A stretch of DNA of 64,000 bases from Hydrurus foetidus. Lineage: Eukaryota. The notes under the pieces were generated by a model, which was given only the letters and a program-made list of their open reading frames with translations, was not told the DNA's origin and ran no database searches. The first letter of the stretch is position 1. Every line of letters starts with the position of its first letter. The stretch spans positions 248,001 through 312,000 of the forward strand of contig UYFQ01000032.1 of assembly GCA_900617105.1 (NCBI GenBank), read 5' to 3'. Below, piece after piece: positions 48,179 to 58,912 of this stretch. Position numbers and translations under genes: made by a program.

Positions 48179-49796
48179 ACCGCGCATTAGCCCGTACGGG
48201 TGCAGGACTCACCGCAGTGTGTGTGCCACCAGTGTTAGCCCCTGACGTATCGGCGCTGATTTTGAAGGTAGCCACCACTTGGGTCAGTTGATCGGCTTGA
48301 TCCCGCAAGCTCTGGGCTGCAGCGGCACTTTCTTCAACCAGCGCGGCGTTCTGCTGCGTCATTTGGTCTAAATTCGTCACCGCATCGTTCACATCGGCGA
48401 TGCCTGCGCTTTGGGTGCTGGCCGCAGCGGTAATTTCACCAATCATCTGTGTGACTTGGCGCACGGACTGCACGATATCCGTCATCGTCGTCCCCGCAGC
48501 GGCCACCAGACGCGCGCCAGACTCCACTTTGTCCACGGAAGCGTCGATCAGCACCTTGATCTCTTTGGCCGCCTGGGCGCTGCGCTGTGCCAAATTACGC
48601 ACCTCACTGGCAACCACGGCAAAACCGCGCCCTTGCTCGCCAGCACGGGCAGCCTCAACAGCAGCATTCAACGCCAGAATATTGGTTTGAAACGCGATAC
48701 CGTCGATCACGCCGATGATGTCAGCGATCTTTTTGCTGCTGTGATTGATGTCTTCCATGGTGGCGACCACCTGCGTGACCACCACACCACCGCGCTCAGC
48801 CACAACAGAGGCATTGGCGGCAAGTTTGCTGGCCTGCTGCGCACTGCCCACACTCTGCTGCACAGTTTGGGTGAGTTGCCCCATCGAAGCTGAAGTTTGC
48901 TGCAAATCACTTGAAGTTTGCTCCGTACGCTGCGACAAATCGTTGTTGCCTGCGGCAATCTCGGCGCTGGCAATGGCGATGCTGTCGGTGCTTTGTCGGA
49001 CTTGTCGAACCATATGGCCCAAGGATTGGCTCATGGTCAACAAAGAACGGATCAAGTCTCCAAACTCGTCACCTCGGTCGACAGCTATAGTGACACTGAG
49101 ATCCCCATCAGCGATGCGTGCGGCTAAGGCATTGGCTTGCCCCAGGGGTGTCAAAATGCTACGAATCAAGCCCACCGCGCCCACAATCAACAACGTCAGC
49201 ATCAGCAGCATCATGGCACCCGTGATCTTCAAGGTGGATGCGGTGGCATCGTTAATGTTGGTTTGAGTCTGTAACAAAGCTTTTTCTTGCATAGAGACAA
49301 AATCGCGCAAGTTGGTCAAGTAAACAGATACGGCAGGGTTGTACTGTGCCCCCACCATAGCCATGGCATCGTCTTGCTTGCCTGCCAACTTAAGGGTACG
49401 AGCAGCGCCACGCAAATCAATCATCGCTTTGCGACTGGCGGCGATTTTTTGGAGTTGTGCACGGTCTTCGGGCTGAAGTGTCATGCCTTCAATGCTCTTT
49501 TGTACCTCCGAGATTTTTGTACTGGTGGCTGCAATCACATCTTTGAAAGCGACCTCTACCACGGCTTCGTTGCTCAGCACCAGAGCTTGTGTGCGAGCGG
49601 CGTTAGCCTCGGTCAGTCCAGTCCAACGCGTTGCAGCCTCAACCCGTCGATTAACCGCTTTCAGGGCGGCTTCCCCCTCAGTTTGTGTCGTGATGAAACG
49701 CCACCCCGCAAACCCTGTGACAGCAACCAATGCGATCACGAATGCACCCACAGCCAACCAGAGTTTGACGGCCATTTGCATTTTTGGGGGATTCAT
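48171..49796 (-). CDS. Methyl-accepting chemotaxis protein
   Basis: Two TMs, HAMP domain, and [30 protein letters not shown]. Confidence 0.97.
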   Translation of the reverse strand: MNPPKMQMAVKLWLAVGAFVIALVAVTGFAGWRFITTQTEGEAALKAVNRRVEAATRWTGLTEANAARTQALVLSNEAVVEVAFKDVIAATSTKISEVQKSIEGMTLQPEDRAQLQKIAASRKAMIDLRGAARTLKLAGKQDDAMAMVGAQYNPAVSVYLTNLRDFVSMQEKALLQTQTNINDATASTLKITGAMMLLMLTLLIVGAVGLIRSILTPLGQANALAARIADGDLSVTIAVDRGDEFGDLIRSLLTMSQSLGHMVRQVRQSTDSIAIASAEIAAGNNDLSQRTEQTSSDLQQTSASMGQLTQTVQQSVGSAQQASKLAANASVVAERGGVVVTQVVATMEDINHSSKKIADIIGVIDGIAFQTNILALNAAVEAARAGEQGRGFAVVASEVRNLAQRSAQAAKEIKVLIDASVDKVESGARLVAAAGTTMTDIVQSVRQVTQMIGEITAAASTQSAGIADVNDAVTNLDQMTQQNAALVEESAAAAQSLRDQADQLTQVVATFKISADTSGANTGGTHTAVSPAPVRANARFS

Positions 49797-49894
49797 AGTT
49801 TGCCTTCATCTTGTTATGTCTTACTACAGCCACCGCAAGCGCGGCTGTCTATATTGGCACAGATTATGGGCAGGCTATGAAAACCAGCACTCTC

Positions 49895-49916
49895 AAGGGG
49901 GCTCTTCAGCCCCCTT
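49895..49916. terminator. Hairpin / probable terminator downstream of parC
   Basis: AAGGGGGCT-CTTC-AGCCCCCTT; the U-tract on the parC strand is short. Confidence 0.6.
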
Positions 49917-49925
49917 TCGTTCACT

Positions 49926-52391
49926 TCACTCCACCCGTGTCACCGCTGACGGTTTGAAGCCCAAATCAGCCACCTTGCCTTTGCGGGCCCGAACACCACG
50001 GGCATTGTTCAGTGAGCGGATTTCCAGGATTTCCTCTCGGGCTTTGCCGCCACGCCCTGTGCCTGAGATGCGAACACTCCGGGTGTAGGCAGCGGCACCG
50101 GCCAAGGTGTCATTGGGTTCTAAATCCATCAGCGTGACGCCTTTACCACCTTTGGTGAGGGCTTTGACCTCGCTGATCTCGAACGTCAAAATCCGTCCAC
50201 CCGTCGAAGCGCAGGCCACATGGGTGGCAGGCGCGATCAACGCTTGACCGGCAGCTTGCACCCCATTCACACCCCGCACGGGCGAAGGTGGCAACACGGT
50301 TTCGCCCTCGCCCACGGTGATGTAGGCCTTACCACCGCGCTGGCGCGACACCATGTCTTCGATGTTCGCCACAAAACCATAACCCGCTGAGCTTGAGAGC
50401 AGCAGCGTCGCGCCCGCTGGGCCGGCAAAATAATGCAGCAACTGGGTGCCGGGTTCCAAATCGAGCAAAGTGATGACGGGTTGACCATCACCGCGTGCGC
50501 CGGGCAGCGCCGACACAGGTACGGAATACACCCGGCCATTGCTGCCAAAGACCAGCAAGGTGTCAACGCTGCGGCATTCGAAGGCACCGTACAGCGTATC
50601 GCCTGCTTTGAAGTTGTACTCGGGCGCGGCTTCGCGGGCCCAGCCTTTTTGTGCGCGCACCCAGCCTTTTTCAGACACCACCACCGTCACCGGCTCGTCC
50701 ACCACTTTGATTTCAACCACGGCGCGTTTGTCGGCCTGGATCAAGGTGCGGCGTGCATCGGCGAATTGCTTGGCATCGGCTTCGATTTCTTTGACCATCA
50801 AGCGCCGTAGCGTGGCAGGGTTGGCCAAAATATCGGCCAAGCGGCCTTGCTCTTCACGCAGACTCAGCAGCTCTTGCTCGATCTTGATGGCTTCCAGCCG
50901 GGCCAGTTGGCGCAGGCGGATTTCCAGAATGTCTTCGGCTTGGCGATCGCTCAGAGCAAACCGTGCCATCAGCGCGGCTTTGGGCTCGTCCGATTGGCGG
51001 ATGATGGCGATCACCTCGTCAATGTTGAGCAACACCGTCTGGCGGCCTTCCAGGATGTGGATGCGGTCGAGCACTTTGTCAAGCCGGTGCTGCGAGCGGC
51101 GTTGCACTGTGGTGTGGCGAAAGGCGATCCACTCCACCAGAATTTGCCGCAGCGATTTTTGCGCCGGTTTGCCGTCATGCCCCACCATCGTCAAATTGAT
51201 GGGGGAAGAGCTTTCCAGGCTGGTGTGGGCCAAGAGCGTGGTAATCAGCTCAGACTGCTCGATACGGCTGGTTTTAGGCTCAAAGACGAGGCGCACCGCC
51301 GCGTCTTTGTTGGACTCATCGCGCACCACGTCGAGCACGGCCAGCACCGTGGCTTTGATTTGCGTTTGGTCTTGGGAGAGGGTTTTCTTGCCGGCTTTGA
51401 CCTTGGGGTTGGTCAATTCTTCAATTTCTTCCAGTACCTTTTGGGTGCTCACGCCGGGCGGCAGCGCAGTGACCACCAACTGCCACTGGCCACGGGCCAA
51501 CTCTTCGATCTTCCAGCGTGCCCGCACTTTGAGCGAACCACGCCCGGTGCGGTAGGCTTCCGAAATATCGGTCGCTGAGCTGATGATCTGCCCACCACCG
51601 GGGTAATCGGGGCCAGGAATCAGGATGTACAGCTCGTCGTCGGTCAGTTGCGGGGTTTTGATAAGCGCCACGCAGGCATCGGCCACTTCGCGCAGGTTAT
51701 GGCTGGGGATTTCGGTCGCCAAGCCAACAGCGATACCACTGGCCCCGTTGAGCAGCGTGAACGGCAGGCGGGCCGGAAGTTGCCGTGGCTCTTCGGTGGA
51801 GCCGTCGTAGTTGGGGATGAAATCTACCGTGCCTTCGTCAATCTCGCCCATCAGCAGGCTGGTGATGCGGGCCAAGCGGGCCTCGGTGTAGCGCATGGCA
51901 GCAGCACCATCGCCATCACGGCTGCCGAAATTGCCTTGACCGTCAATCAAAGGGTAGCGCTGCGAGAAGTCTTGCGCCATGCGCACCATCGCGTCGTAGG
52001 CCGCTTGGTCGCTGTGCGGGTGGAATTTACCCAGCACATCGCCCACCACGCGGGCGCTTTTGACAGGCTTGGCACCGTTAACCCCGTTAGCACCACCAAA
52101 CCCCAAGCCCATGCGTGACATAGCGTACAAAATGCGACGCTGCACGGGTTTTTGACCATCGCAAACATCCGGCAAAGCACGGCCTTTGACCACGCTGAGA
52201 GCGTATTCCAGGTAGGCGCGCTGGGCGTAGCCCGCGAGGCTCAGGGCAGCTTCAGCGTCGCTGGGTGGCTCTGGGGGCGGCGGGGCTGGTGGCTCAGGGG
52301 GGGGCGGTGGTACGGGAGGTTCGGATTGAGCAAGCTCAGACGAAAGGGGCTCAGAGGGGGGAAGCTCAGGCAGGCTGGGTAAATCAGTCAT
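49926..52391 (-). CDS. parC: DNA topoisomerase IV subunit A
   Basis: [24 protein letters not shown] and [10 protein letters not shown] motifs; downstream of parE; alternative TTG start at 52418. Confidence 0.95.
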   Translation of the reverse strand: MTDLPSLPELPPSEPLSSELAQSEPPVPPPPPEPPAPPPPEPPSDAEAALSLAGYAQRAYLEYALSVVKGRALPDVCDGQKPVQRRILYAMSRMGLGFGGANGVNGAKPVKSARVVGDVLGKFHPHSDQAAYDAMVRMAQDFSQRYPLIDGQGNFGSRDGDGAAAMRYTEARLARITSLLMGEIDEGTVDFIPNYDGSTEEPRQLPARLPFTLLNGASGIAVGLATEIPSHNLREVADACVALIKTPQLTDDELYILIPGPDYPGGGQIISSATDISEAYRTGRGSLKVRARWKIEELARGQWQLVVTALPPGVSTQKVLEEIEELTNPKVKAGKKTLSQDQTQIKATVLAVLDVVRDESNKDAAVRLVFEPKTSRIEQSELITTLLAHTSLESSSPINLTMVGHDGKPAQKSLRQILVEWIAFRHTTVQRRSQHRLDKVLDRIHILEGRQTVLLNIDEVIAIIRQSDEPKAALMARFALSDRQAEDILEIRLRQLARLEAIKIEQELLSLREEQGRLADILANPATLRRLMVKEIEADAKQFADARRTLIQADKRAVVEIKVVDEPVTVVVSEKGWVRAQKGWAREAAPEYNFKAGDTLYGAFECRSVDTLLVFGSNGRVYSVPVSALPGARGDGQPVITLLDLEPGTQLLHYFAGPAGATLLLSSSAGYGFVANIEDMVSRQRGGKAYITVGEGETVLPPSPVRGVNGVQAAGQALIAPATHVACASTGGRILTFEISEVKALTKGGKGVTLMDLEPNDTLAGAAAYTRSVRISGTGRGGKAREEILEIRSLNNARGVRARKGKVADLGFKPSAVTRVE

Positions 52392-52407
52392 CGGAAATAG
52401 GGGGGCT

Positions 52408-53355
52408 TCAAGGTTCAAAGTTCAATTCGGCGCTGCGGGCAGCTACGGTGTCCAAGGCGACCAGCGGGGCGACCATGTTGGCGCGGCCATAAGCACCACC
52501 CACAGCACCAGCGCCTGCACCACCCATTAAGCCGGGCAGCTCCAAGCGCACACGCCCACCGCCCACCACGCTGACCACAGCACCCCGGCGCTGGTCGGCA
52601 ACGAGGCTGGGGGGTTTAAGCAAGGCGTAGAGCTGCATCACGGTTTTCACATAATCTTGCGTTTCTTTGTAATTCGGAATGCTGTTGCCTGCGCGTTTGA
52701 CCGCGCCTTCGCCGGCGTTGTACGCGGCCAGCGCCAGCTCTAAGCGGCCAGGGAAGCGGTTTATCAGGTAGTGCAAAAACCGCGCACCGGCTTTGATGTT
52801 GGTGCGTGGGTCAGTCAGCTTTTGCTCAATAGGGGTTTTGGCATCAGACACCACGCCAAAACGCTCCGCCGTGGTGGGCATGACTTGCATCAAACCGACA
52901 GCGCCTTTGGGCGAAACAGCTTGGCTGTCAAAACCAGATTCGGTGACGATCAACGCTTGCAGCAGCTCAATGTCGATGCTGTGGGCGGTGGCAGCCTCGC
53001 GCATCAGGTGCTTAACGCCCTTGTAGCTGGTGGACATTTCAAAAAAAGCCAGCAACTTAGGAGGAAGACTCGGCACGTTGACGGGTCTGGGGTAAGGCGT
53101 GGAAATTGCGTCCGCCGTGGCTTTGCCAGCTGCTGTGGTGGCGGCTGCTGGCTTGTCATCCCCCAACCCTGGCAGTGCCACATTCGAGCGAAAAAACAGC
53201 TCGTAGCGAGCGTCCAGCTTCTCACTGGCAAAGTGCGGGGCACCTTTGTCATCCAGATAGCCCCACACATCCGCGCAGGCAGAAAAACTCAAAAAAAATA
53301 GCATCCAACACAGTAAACACCTGCTGTAGCCTGCTATGCGCTTCATGTGCATCAA
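52408..53355 (-). CDS. SLT-domain lytic transglycosylase
   Basis: [23 protein letters not shown] and ETQDYV motifs. Confidence 0.92.
   Translation of the reverse strand: MMHMKRIAGYSRCLLCWMLFFLSFSACADVWGYLDDKGAPHFASEKLDARYELFFRSNVALPGLGDDKPAAATTAAGKATADAISTPYPRPVNVPSLPPKLLAFFEMSTSYKGVKHLMREAATAHSIDIELLQALIVTESGFDSQAVSPKGAVGLMQVMPTTAERFGVVSDAKTPIEQKLTDPRTNIKAGARFLHYLINRFPGRLELALAAYNAGEGAVKRAGNSIPNYKETQDYVKTVMQLYALLKPPSLVADQRRGAVVSVVGGGRVRLELPGLMGGAGAGAVGGAYGRANMVAPLVALDTVAARSAELNFEP
53286..53324 (+). repeat. Degenerate motif copy 7 (antisense within the SLT signal peptide)
   Basis: AACT CAAAAAAA ATAGC ATCCAAC AC AGTAAACACCT GC; the first spacer is 8 nt rather than 9. Confidence 0.4.
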
Positions 53356-55322
53356 ATGTCCACGTCCACCGCGTCACCGTGCAATTCCATCAGTTCACGA
53401 CGGGCAGCGGCTTCGCCTTTGCCCATCAGCTTGGTGATGAGGCTTTCGGTTTGCACGAAATTGAAGCAACCCAGCTGCACGGGCAGAAGGCGGCGGGTGT
53501 CGGGGTTGAGCGTGGTGTCCCACAATTGCTCAGCATTCATCTCGCCCAAGCCTTTGAAGCGACTGATGCTCCACGCGCCTTCACGCACACCTTCTTTGCG
53601 CAGTTTGTCGAGGATGGCGTTCAGTTCGCCTTCGTCCAGCGCATAGGTTTTGGAGGCCGGTTTTTTGCCACGGGCGGGCGCATCGACACGAAACAGCGGT
53701 GGGCGGGCGACATAGACATGGCCGGCCTCAACGAGCTTGGGGAAGTGGCGAAAAAAGAGCGTCAGCAGCAGCACCTGGATGTGCGAGCCGTCCACGTCCG
53801 CATCGCTCAGGATGCACACTTTGCCGTAGCGCAGGCCACTCAGGTCAGGGCTGTCGTTCGGGCCGTGGGGGTCAACGCCGATGGCGACCGAAATATCGTG
53901 AATTTCGGTGTTGGCAAACAGCCGGTCGCGCTCGACTTCCCAGGTGTTCAGCACCTTGCCACGCAGGGGCAGGATGGCTTGGCTTTCTTTGTTGCGGCCC
54001 ATTTTGGCGCTGCCGCCCGCAGAGTCACCTTCAACCAAAAAGACTTCGTTTTGTGCCAAATCTTTGCTTTCGCAGTCGGTCAGCTTGCCGGGCAGCACGG
54101 CAACGCCGGACCCTTTGCGTTTTTCGACTTTTTGACCGGCTTTTTGGCGCGATTGCGCCGCTTTGATGGCCAGTTCAGCGAGTTTTTTGCCGTATTCCAC
54201 ATGCTGGTTCAGCCACAGCTCCAGCGTGGGTCGTACAAAGCTGGAGACCAAACGCACAGCATCCCGCGAGTTCAAGCGCTCTTTGATTTGGCCTTGAAAT
54301 TGCGGATCGAGCACTTTGGCGGAAAGCACATAGTTGGCGCGGGCGAACACGTCTTCAGGCAAGAGCTTCACGCCTTTGGGCAACAGGCTGTGCAGCTCGA
54401 TGAAGCTTTTGACGGCGGTGAACAGGCCATCGCGCAGGCCGCTTTCGTGCGTACCACCGGCGCTGGTGGGAATCAAATTCACATAGCTTTCGCGCACCGG
54501 GGCACCGTCTTCAGTGAAGGCGACGCACCAAGAAGCGCCCTCACCTTCGGCAAAGCTGTCATGGTTGGCATCGGCAAAGCCTTCGCCATCGAACAGCGGG
54601 ATGACAGGATCGACCTTCAGGTTTTGCGCCAAGTAATCGCGCAAACCGCCTTTGAACTGCCAGACTTGGGTGTCCTTGGTTTTCTCGTTCACCAAAGTGA
54701 CCTGCACGCCCGGCATCAGCACGGCTTTGCTGCGCAGCAGGTGGGTCAGCTCGGCCATCGGCAAGGCGGAAGACTCAAAGTACTTGGCATCAGGCCATAC
54801 CCGCACCGAAGTGCCCTGCTTGCGATCGCCGTCGCTGGCGGCGCGAACGGACAAGGGTTCGATCACGTCACCGGCGGAAAACACCAGTCTTGCGGCTTTC
54901 CCTTCGCGGTAAGAAGTAGCCTCCAGGCGTGTGGCCAGCGCGTTCGTCACACTGACACCCACGCCATGCAAACCGCCTGAAAAGCTGTAGGCACCACCCT
55001 TGCCTTTGTCGAATTTGCCACCGGCGTGCAGGCGAGTGAACACCAGCTCAATCACGGGGGCGTGCTCTTCAGGGTGCATACCGAAAGGGATGCCACGCCC
55101 GTCGTCGTCAATGCCGACCGAGCCATCGAGAAAGAGCGTAACTTTGATTTTTTTGCCGTAACCGGCCAAAGCCTCGTCGGCGGAGTTGTCCAACACCTCT
55201 TGAATCACGTGCAAGGGGTTGTCGGTACGGGTGTACATGCCGGGCCGCTGCTTCACAGGCTCTAGGCCTTTGAGAACACGGATCGAACCTTCAGAATAAT
55301 CGCTAGGGAGCTTAGTTGCCAT
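53352..55322 (-). CDS. parE: DNA topoisomerase IV subunit B
   Basis: GLEPVKQRPGMY, EVLDNS, GGLHGVG, EGDSAGG, DADVDG and RFKGLGEM motifs. Confidence 0.97.
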   Translation of the reverse strand: MATKLPSDYSEGSIRVLKGLEPVKQRPGMYTRTDNPLHVIQEVLDNSADEALAGYGKKIKVTLFLDGSVGIDDDGRGIPFGMHPEEHAPVIELVFTRLHAGGKFDKGKGGAYSFSGGLHGVGVSVTNALATRLEATSYREGKAARLVFSAGDVIEPLSVRAASDGDRKQGTSVRVWPDAKYFESSALPMAELTHLLRSKAVLMPGVQVTLVNEKTKDTQVWQFKGGLRDYLAQNLKVDPVIPLFDGEGFADANHDSFAEGEGASWCVAFTEDGAPVRESYVNLIPTSAGGTHESGLRDGLFTAVKSFIELHSLLPKGVKLLPEDVFARANYVLSAKVLDPQFQGQIKERLNSRDAVRLVSSFVRPTLELWLNQHVEYGKKLAELAIKAAQSRQKAGQKVEKRKGSGVAVLPGKLTDCESKDLAQNEVFLVEGDSAGGSAKMGRNKESQAILPLRGKVLNTWEVERDRLFANTEIHDISVAIGVDPHGPNDSPDLSGLRYGKVCILSDADVDGSHIQVLLLTLFFRHFPKLVEAGHVYVARPPLFRVDAPARGKKPASKTYALDEGELNAILDKLRKEGVREGAWSISRFKGLGEMNAEQLWDTTLNPDTRRLLPVQLGCFNFVQTESLITKLMGKGEAAARRELMELHGDAVDVDI

Positions 55323-55354
55323 CTAGGCATTGTAGCGGTCACTGCAAAATAAGA

Positions 55355-55370
55355 CTGTACATAAAATCAG
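55355..55370. promoter_or_regulatory. Putative LexA (SOS) box
   Basis: CTGTACATAAAATCAG (CTG-N10-CAG with AT-rich core), over the expected -35 region of parE (-10 TACAAT at 55334-55329). Confidence 0.6.
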
Positions 55371-55433
55371 CTAATCGAGTTTTGATGTGCTTGCGACAGC
55401 CAAGCAGGCAGTGAATTCGCTACAGTTCACGCC

Positions 55434-56678
55434 ATGCGCACAAACTCTACAACTTCACCCTCGCAGCAGCTGTCCCTCATCCAGGTGCTGGTCTGCGGTG
55501 GTCTTATCGTCACTTTATCTATGGGCATTCGCCACGGTTTTGGCCTGTGGCTGCAACCTGTGACCCAAACGCAAGGGTGGACGAGGGAAACCTTTGCCTT
55601 TGCCATTGCGATCCAAAATCTGGCTTGGGGCGTTTCAGGCATTTTTGCGGGCATGCTGGCTGACAGACTGGGGGCTTTCAAGGTCATCGTGGGTGGTGCT
55701 TTGCTTTACGCACTGGGCTTGATGGGCATGGCGCACGCATCGGTGCCCTGGTTGTTCACGGCGACGGCAGGCGGGCTGATTGGCATGGCGCAGGCTGGCA
55801 CAACTTACGCCGTGATTTACGGTGTGATTGGCCGCAATGTTCCCGCCGAAAAGCGCTCTTGGGCCATGGGCATTGCAGCTGCTGCAGGTTCGTTTGGGCA
55901 GTTTCTAATGGTACCTACAGAAAGCTTCCTCATCAGCACGCTGGGCTGGCAACAGGCTTTGGTGGTACTGGGGTTTGCCGTGATGGTGATTATTCCTTTG
56001 GCCTGGGGCTTGCGTGAGCCCAGTTTTGGCGGCAACGCCCCCCTCCAACGTGATCAAAGCATTGGTGAAGCGCTCAAAGAGGCTTTTAAGTACCCCAGCT
56101 TTCAGTTGTTGATGGCGGGCTATTTTGTGTGCGGCTTTCAAGTGGTGTTTATCGGCGTACATATGCCGAGCTATTTGAAGGACAAGGGCTTATCGCCCCA
56201 GGTAGCTGGTTACGCACTGGCGCTGATTGGGCTGTTCAATGTGTTTGGCACTTACATCGCGGGCTCGCTGGGACAACGCATGGCTAAGAAAAATATTTTG
56301 GCGTTTATTTACTTTGCGCGTGCGGTGGTCATCAGCCTCTTTTTGCTGGCCCCGCTGACACCGCTTACGGTGTACGTGTTTGCCAGCGCCATGGGGCTGC
56401 TGTGGCTATCGACCGTGCCCCCCACCAATGCAGCTATTGCCCAAATTTTTGGCATTCAACATCTGTCCATGTTGAGCGGTTTTGTGTTTTTCAGCCACCA
56501 AATTGGCAGTTTTCTAGGCGTGTGGCTGGGCGGCTTTTTGTACGATAAAACAGGCAGTTACGACATTGTTTGGTACATCACCATTGGGCTGGGGGTGTTC
56601 GCGGGCTTGGTGAACTTGCCCGTCAAGGAAACCACGATCCAACGCCATGCAGGTCGGGCACTGCCTGCCGCAGCATGA
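55434..56678 (+). CDS. MFS transporter
   Basis: About 12 TMs; motif A GMLADRLG; GYFVCGFQ and HQIGSFLG. Confidence 0.93.
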   Translation: MRTNSTTSPSQQLSLIQVLVCGGLIVTLSMGIRHGFGLWLQPVTQTQGWTRETFAFAIAIQNLAWGVSGIFAGMLADRLGAFKVIVGGALLYALGLMGMAHASVPWLFTATAGGLIGMAQAGTTYAVIYGVIGRNVPAEKRSWAMGIAAAAGSFGQFLMVPTESFLISTLGWQQALVVLGFAVMVIIPLAWGLREPSFGGNAPLQRDQSIGEALKEAFKYPSFQLLMAGYFVCGFQVVFIGVHMPSYLKDKGLSPQVAGYALALIGLFNVFGTYIAGSLGQRMAKKNILAFIYFARAVVISLFLLAPLTPLTVYVFASAMGLLWLSTVPPTNAAIAQIFGIQHLSMLSGFVFFSHQIGSFLGVWLGGFLYDKTGSYDIVWYITIGLGVFAGLVNLPVKETTIQRHAGRALPAAA

Positions 56679-56815
56679 AGTCACCCGCTATGCACAAGCT
56701 GCGCCAATGGGCACTGATAGGTGGTGCGGGCGTAGCTCTCCTCGGGGTGTTCATGCTTTACGCACAGGCTGATTTTTTAGTGACGCTATCGAACCAAGTA
56801 TGGGCTTGCTTTTGA
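56675..56815 (+). CDS. Small single-TM protein (46 aa)
   Basis: ATGA overlap with the MFS stop; MKSPAMHKLRQWALIGGAGVALLGVFMLYAQADFLVTLSNQVWACF. Confidence 0.6.
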   Translation: MKSPAMHKLRQWALIGGAGVALLGVFMLYAQADFLVTLSNQVWACF

Positions 56816-57393
56816 CCTCCAACACCACACCCACAGGTTCGACCAATCTTCCACATCCACCCTTGGCAGAAGCCTCAGAATGGGTGCAACGCTGGTCGCA
56901 TTTGGTGCCTGCGGGTGGCACCGTCTTGGATGTGGCTTGCGGTTTTGGGCGTCATCTTCGCTTGTTTCAAAGCAGGAATCACCCTGTTGTAGGCGTAGAC
57001 AGGTCATCTTTAGCTATTGAATCCGTAGCACATCTGGGTGAGATGGTTGTGGCAGACATTGAAACAGGGTCATGGCCATTTGTAACCCCAGGCACGACAG
57101 AGACGGGGCTGCGCCAATTTGATGCGGTCGTTGTGTGCAACTACCTGTGGCGCCCCTTGTTCACCCACATCATCAACAGCGTAGCGCCTGGGGGGGTGTT
57201 GATTTACGAAACTTTTGCCACAGGCAATGAAACGGTTGGAAAACCCAGTCGCCCTGATTTTTTACTGAACACAGGCGAGTTACTGCACGTCTGTAGATCG
57301 TTCAAAACCGTGGCCTATGAAGATGTCTATCTGGAAAATCCTGCCCGATTTGTGCAACGAATTGTGGCGATCAAACCGAAAATTGACCGTTAA
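56800..57393 (+). CDS. Class I SAM-dependent methyltransferase
   Basis: VLDVACGFGRH, NYLWRP and GGVLIYETF motifs; exact start uncertain. Confidence 0.88.
   Translation: MGLLLTSNTTPTGSTNLPHPPLAEASEWVQRWSHLVPAGGTVLDVACGFGRHLRLFQSRNHPVVGVDRSSLAIESVAHLGEMVVADIETGSWPFVTPGTTETGLRQFDAVVVCNYLWRPLFTHIINSVAPGGVLIYETFATGNETVGKPSRPDFLLNTGELLHVCRSFKTVAYEDVYLENPARFVQRIVAIKPKIDR
57013..57030 (-). repeat. Left arm only of the intragenic motif (methyltransferase)
   Basis: TGCT ACGGATTCA ATAGC; the downstream GC pairs are not conserved. Confidence 0.35.
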
Positions 57394-57670
57394 CAGCAGC
57401 ACCGGACGTGTAACAAAAGGATATGTTTGCGCTAAGCTCACTGTTATCGTATGTTTTTTGCAACATGCACAGATCCCTTCAGTAGAGTTCGATTCGTACT
57501 GCACACAGTGTGGGCACAGCCGGTTTTACAACATCATCAAATCGCAAAATCAACGTTATCTGAATTTAGTCAATTTTGACTCTTGAAATTCGAGCAATAG
57601 TGCATAAAGCAAAATCGGAAACACGACATAATTGCCATCAACTTTCAACCTGCAGGTCTTGCTACACCGT

Positions 57671-58162
57671 ATGACACTCTTCAAATCAAAACAGAATGAT
57701 TCAATCGGCTCGTCAAGCGAGTTGGGCTACTTGTTGCGTGAACGTATTTCTCCGCAATGGGCATCATTTCTACAAGCTTTTTCCGCAGAAATGCAAAGCC
57801 AGTTGACCCTCCAAGAGTACAGAGAACTGCTTGGCAGCATAGGTCAGCGCCTGGCTGAGTCTTTGGCTGTTGGGCAGCGCGAAACAATAGAAGAATTGGA
57901 AGCCGCCATCAATCAACGCCTTGAAGGTATGCAATGGGGCTTTGCCAAACTGATCGATTCAGGCTCTTCTTTGAACATTGAACACCATTTCAGTCCTTTG
58001 GCCCATGCCCTGAGCGTTGATGCGGAGACCGCAGGCGGGCTGCTAGAGGGTGTTTATGAATACTGGTTCCGTGCCGCTGGCGCAGAAGCTGATTTGAGTG
58101 TGAAGCAATTGCCTGGCGTTGCCACAGAAGCTGTTTTTTACTTCCAATTTGGTCGCCATTGA
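57671..58162 (+). CDS. bcsD: Cellulose biosynthesis protein BcsD
   Basis: QWASFLQAF, LGSIGQRLA, MQWGF and LLEGVYEYWF motifs; heads the bcs cluster. Confidence 0.75.
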   Translation: MTLFKSKQNDSIGSSSELGYLLRERISPQWASFLQAFSAEMQSQLTLQEYRELLGSIGQRLAESLAVGQRETIEELEAAINQRLEGMQWGFAKLIDSGSSLNIEHHFSPLAHALSVDAETAGGLLEGVYEYWFRAAGAEADLSVKQLPGVATEAVFYFQFGRH

Positions 58163-58258
58163 TGCCATTCGCTCTAGCTGCTTTTACTGCATATGCTCAT
58201 CTAACACACAGCCCATGCTGCGAGCACGTTCGCACAATGCTGCCATCAGGACGGTCAC

Positions 58259-58912
58259 ATGAGCTCCTCTGAAGACGTAAAAACATTGTTCCGACGTTTT
58301 GGGGGGGCGCCTGACACCTACCAAGAGGTCGTGCGTGACCGTGATACCTTGAAGTCACTCGGTAAATGGACCATGCTTGCCCAAGTCGAGCTGAATAACC
58401 CGCAAATGGTGCCCTCTGTCAGGCGTACGGTAAAGGGTAACGCTACACGTACCTTGCTTCAAACAACGCATGCTGAAATAGCTGCGGCATCGCTCGCGGC
58501 GCCTGCGTCTGCACCAGTCAACGTTTTAGCATCACCCGCAGTGCCGATCGTGCCGTCTGCACCACAGTTTGTAGCACAGCCCATTCCCGCGCCTCAACCT
58601 GTTATCGCACGCGCCGCGTGGGCGGCGAAACCCCTTGAGATGACACCACACGCCTTGGCGCCCATCGCAGCACCCGTATTACCGCCAACAGTGGTGGCAA
58701 AGCTGCCATCCACACATCTACCAGAGACTGCACCGCGCCTGTCAGCGCTGGCAGCACGACTGAAAGCACCTGTTGAAGCACCGGTGGCTGAAATGCAAGC
58801 CCTTGAGGCCACCAACCGCAGCCATTCATTAACCGGACTGTTTGGTCGTTTGTCCAAGCCTCAGCCACTAAGCCCTCTGCCGGGTGTACTACGACGGAAA
58901 TTTACCAAGTGA
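58259..58912 (+). CDS. bcsP: Cellulose biosynthesis protein BcsP (BcsR-like N-terminus, Pro/Ala-rich)
   Basis: MSSSEDVKTLFRRFGG..DTYQEV N-terminus, Pro-rich middle, LTGLFGRL C-terminus. Confidence 0.75.
   Translation: MSSSEDVKTLFRRFGGAPDTYQEVVRDRDTLKSLGKWTMLAQVELNNPQMVPSVRRTVKGNATRTLLQTTHAEIAAASLAAPASAPVNVLASPAVPIVPSAPQFVAQPIPAPQPVIARAAWAAKPLEMTPHALAPIAAPVLPPTVVAKLPSTHLPETAPRLSALAARLKAPVEAPVAEMQALEATNRSHSLTGLFGRLSKPQPLSPLPGVLRRKFTK

Noticed and set aside
49848..49880. sigma28 promoter for the MCP gene
   Set aside because: GCCAATAT resembles the -10 element, but the -35 match (TAGC versus TAAA) is too weak.
53106..54980. 624-aa plus-strand ORF and other long antisense ORFs (e.g. 25048-26550, 50539-51555, 33628-34686)
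   Set aside because: Shadow frames opposite well-supported GC-rich genes, with no recognisable motifs.
57400..57670. c-di-GMP riboswitch or FleQ box upstream of the bcs operon
   Set aside because: No GEMM-like GCAAA..GAAA..GACGCAAAG architecture; the GTCA/TGAC spacing is 4 nt, not the 6 nt of FleQ boxes.
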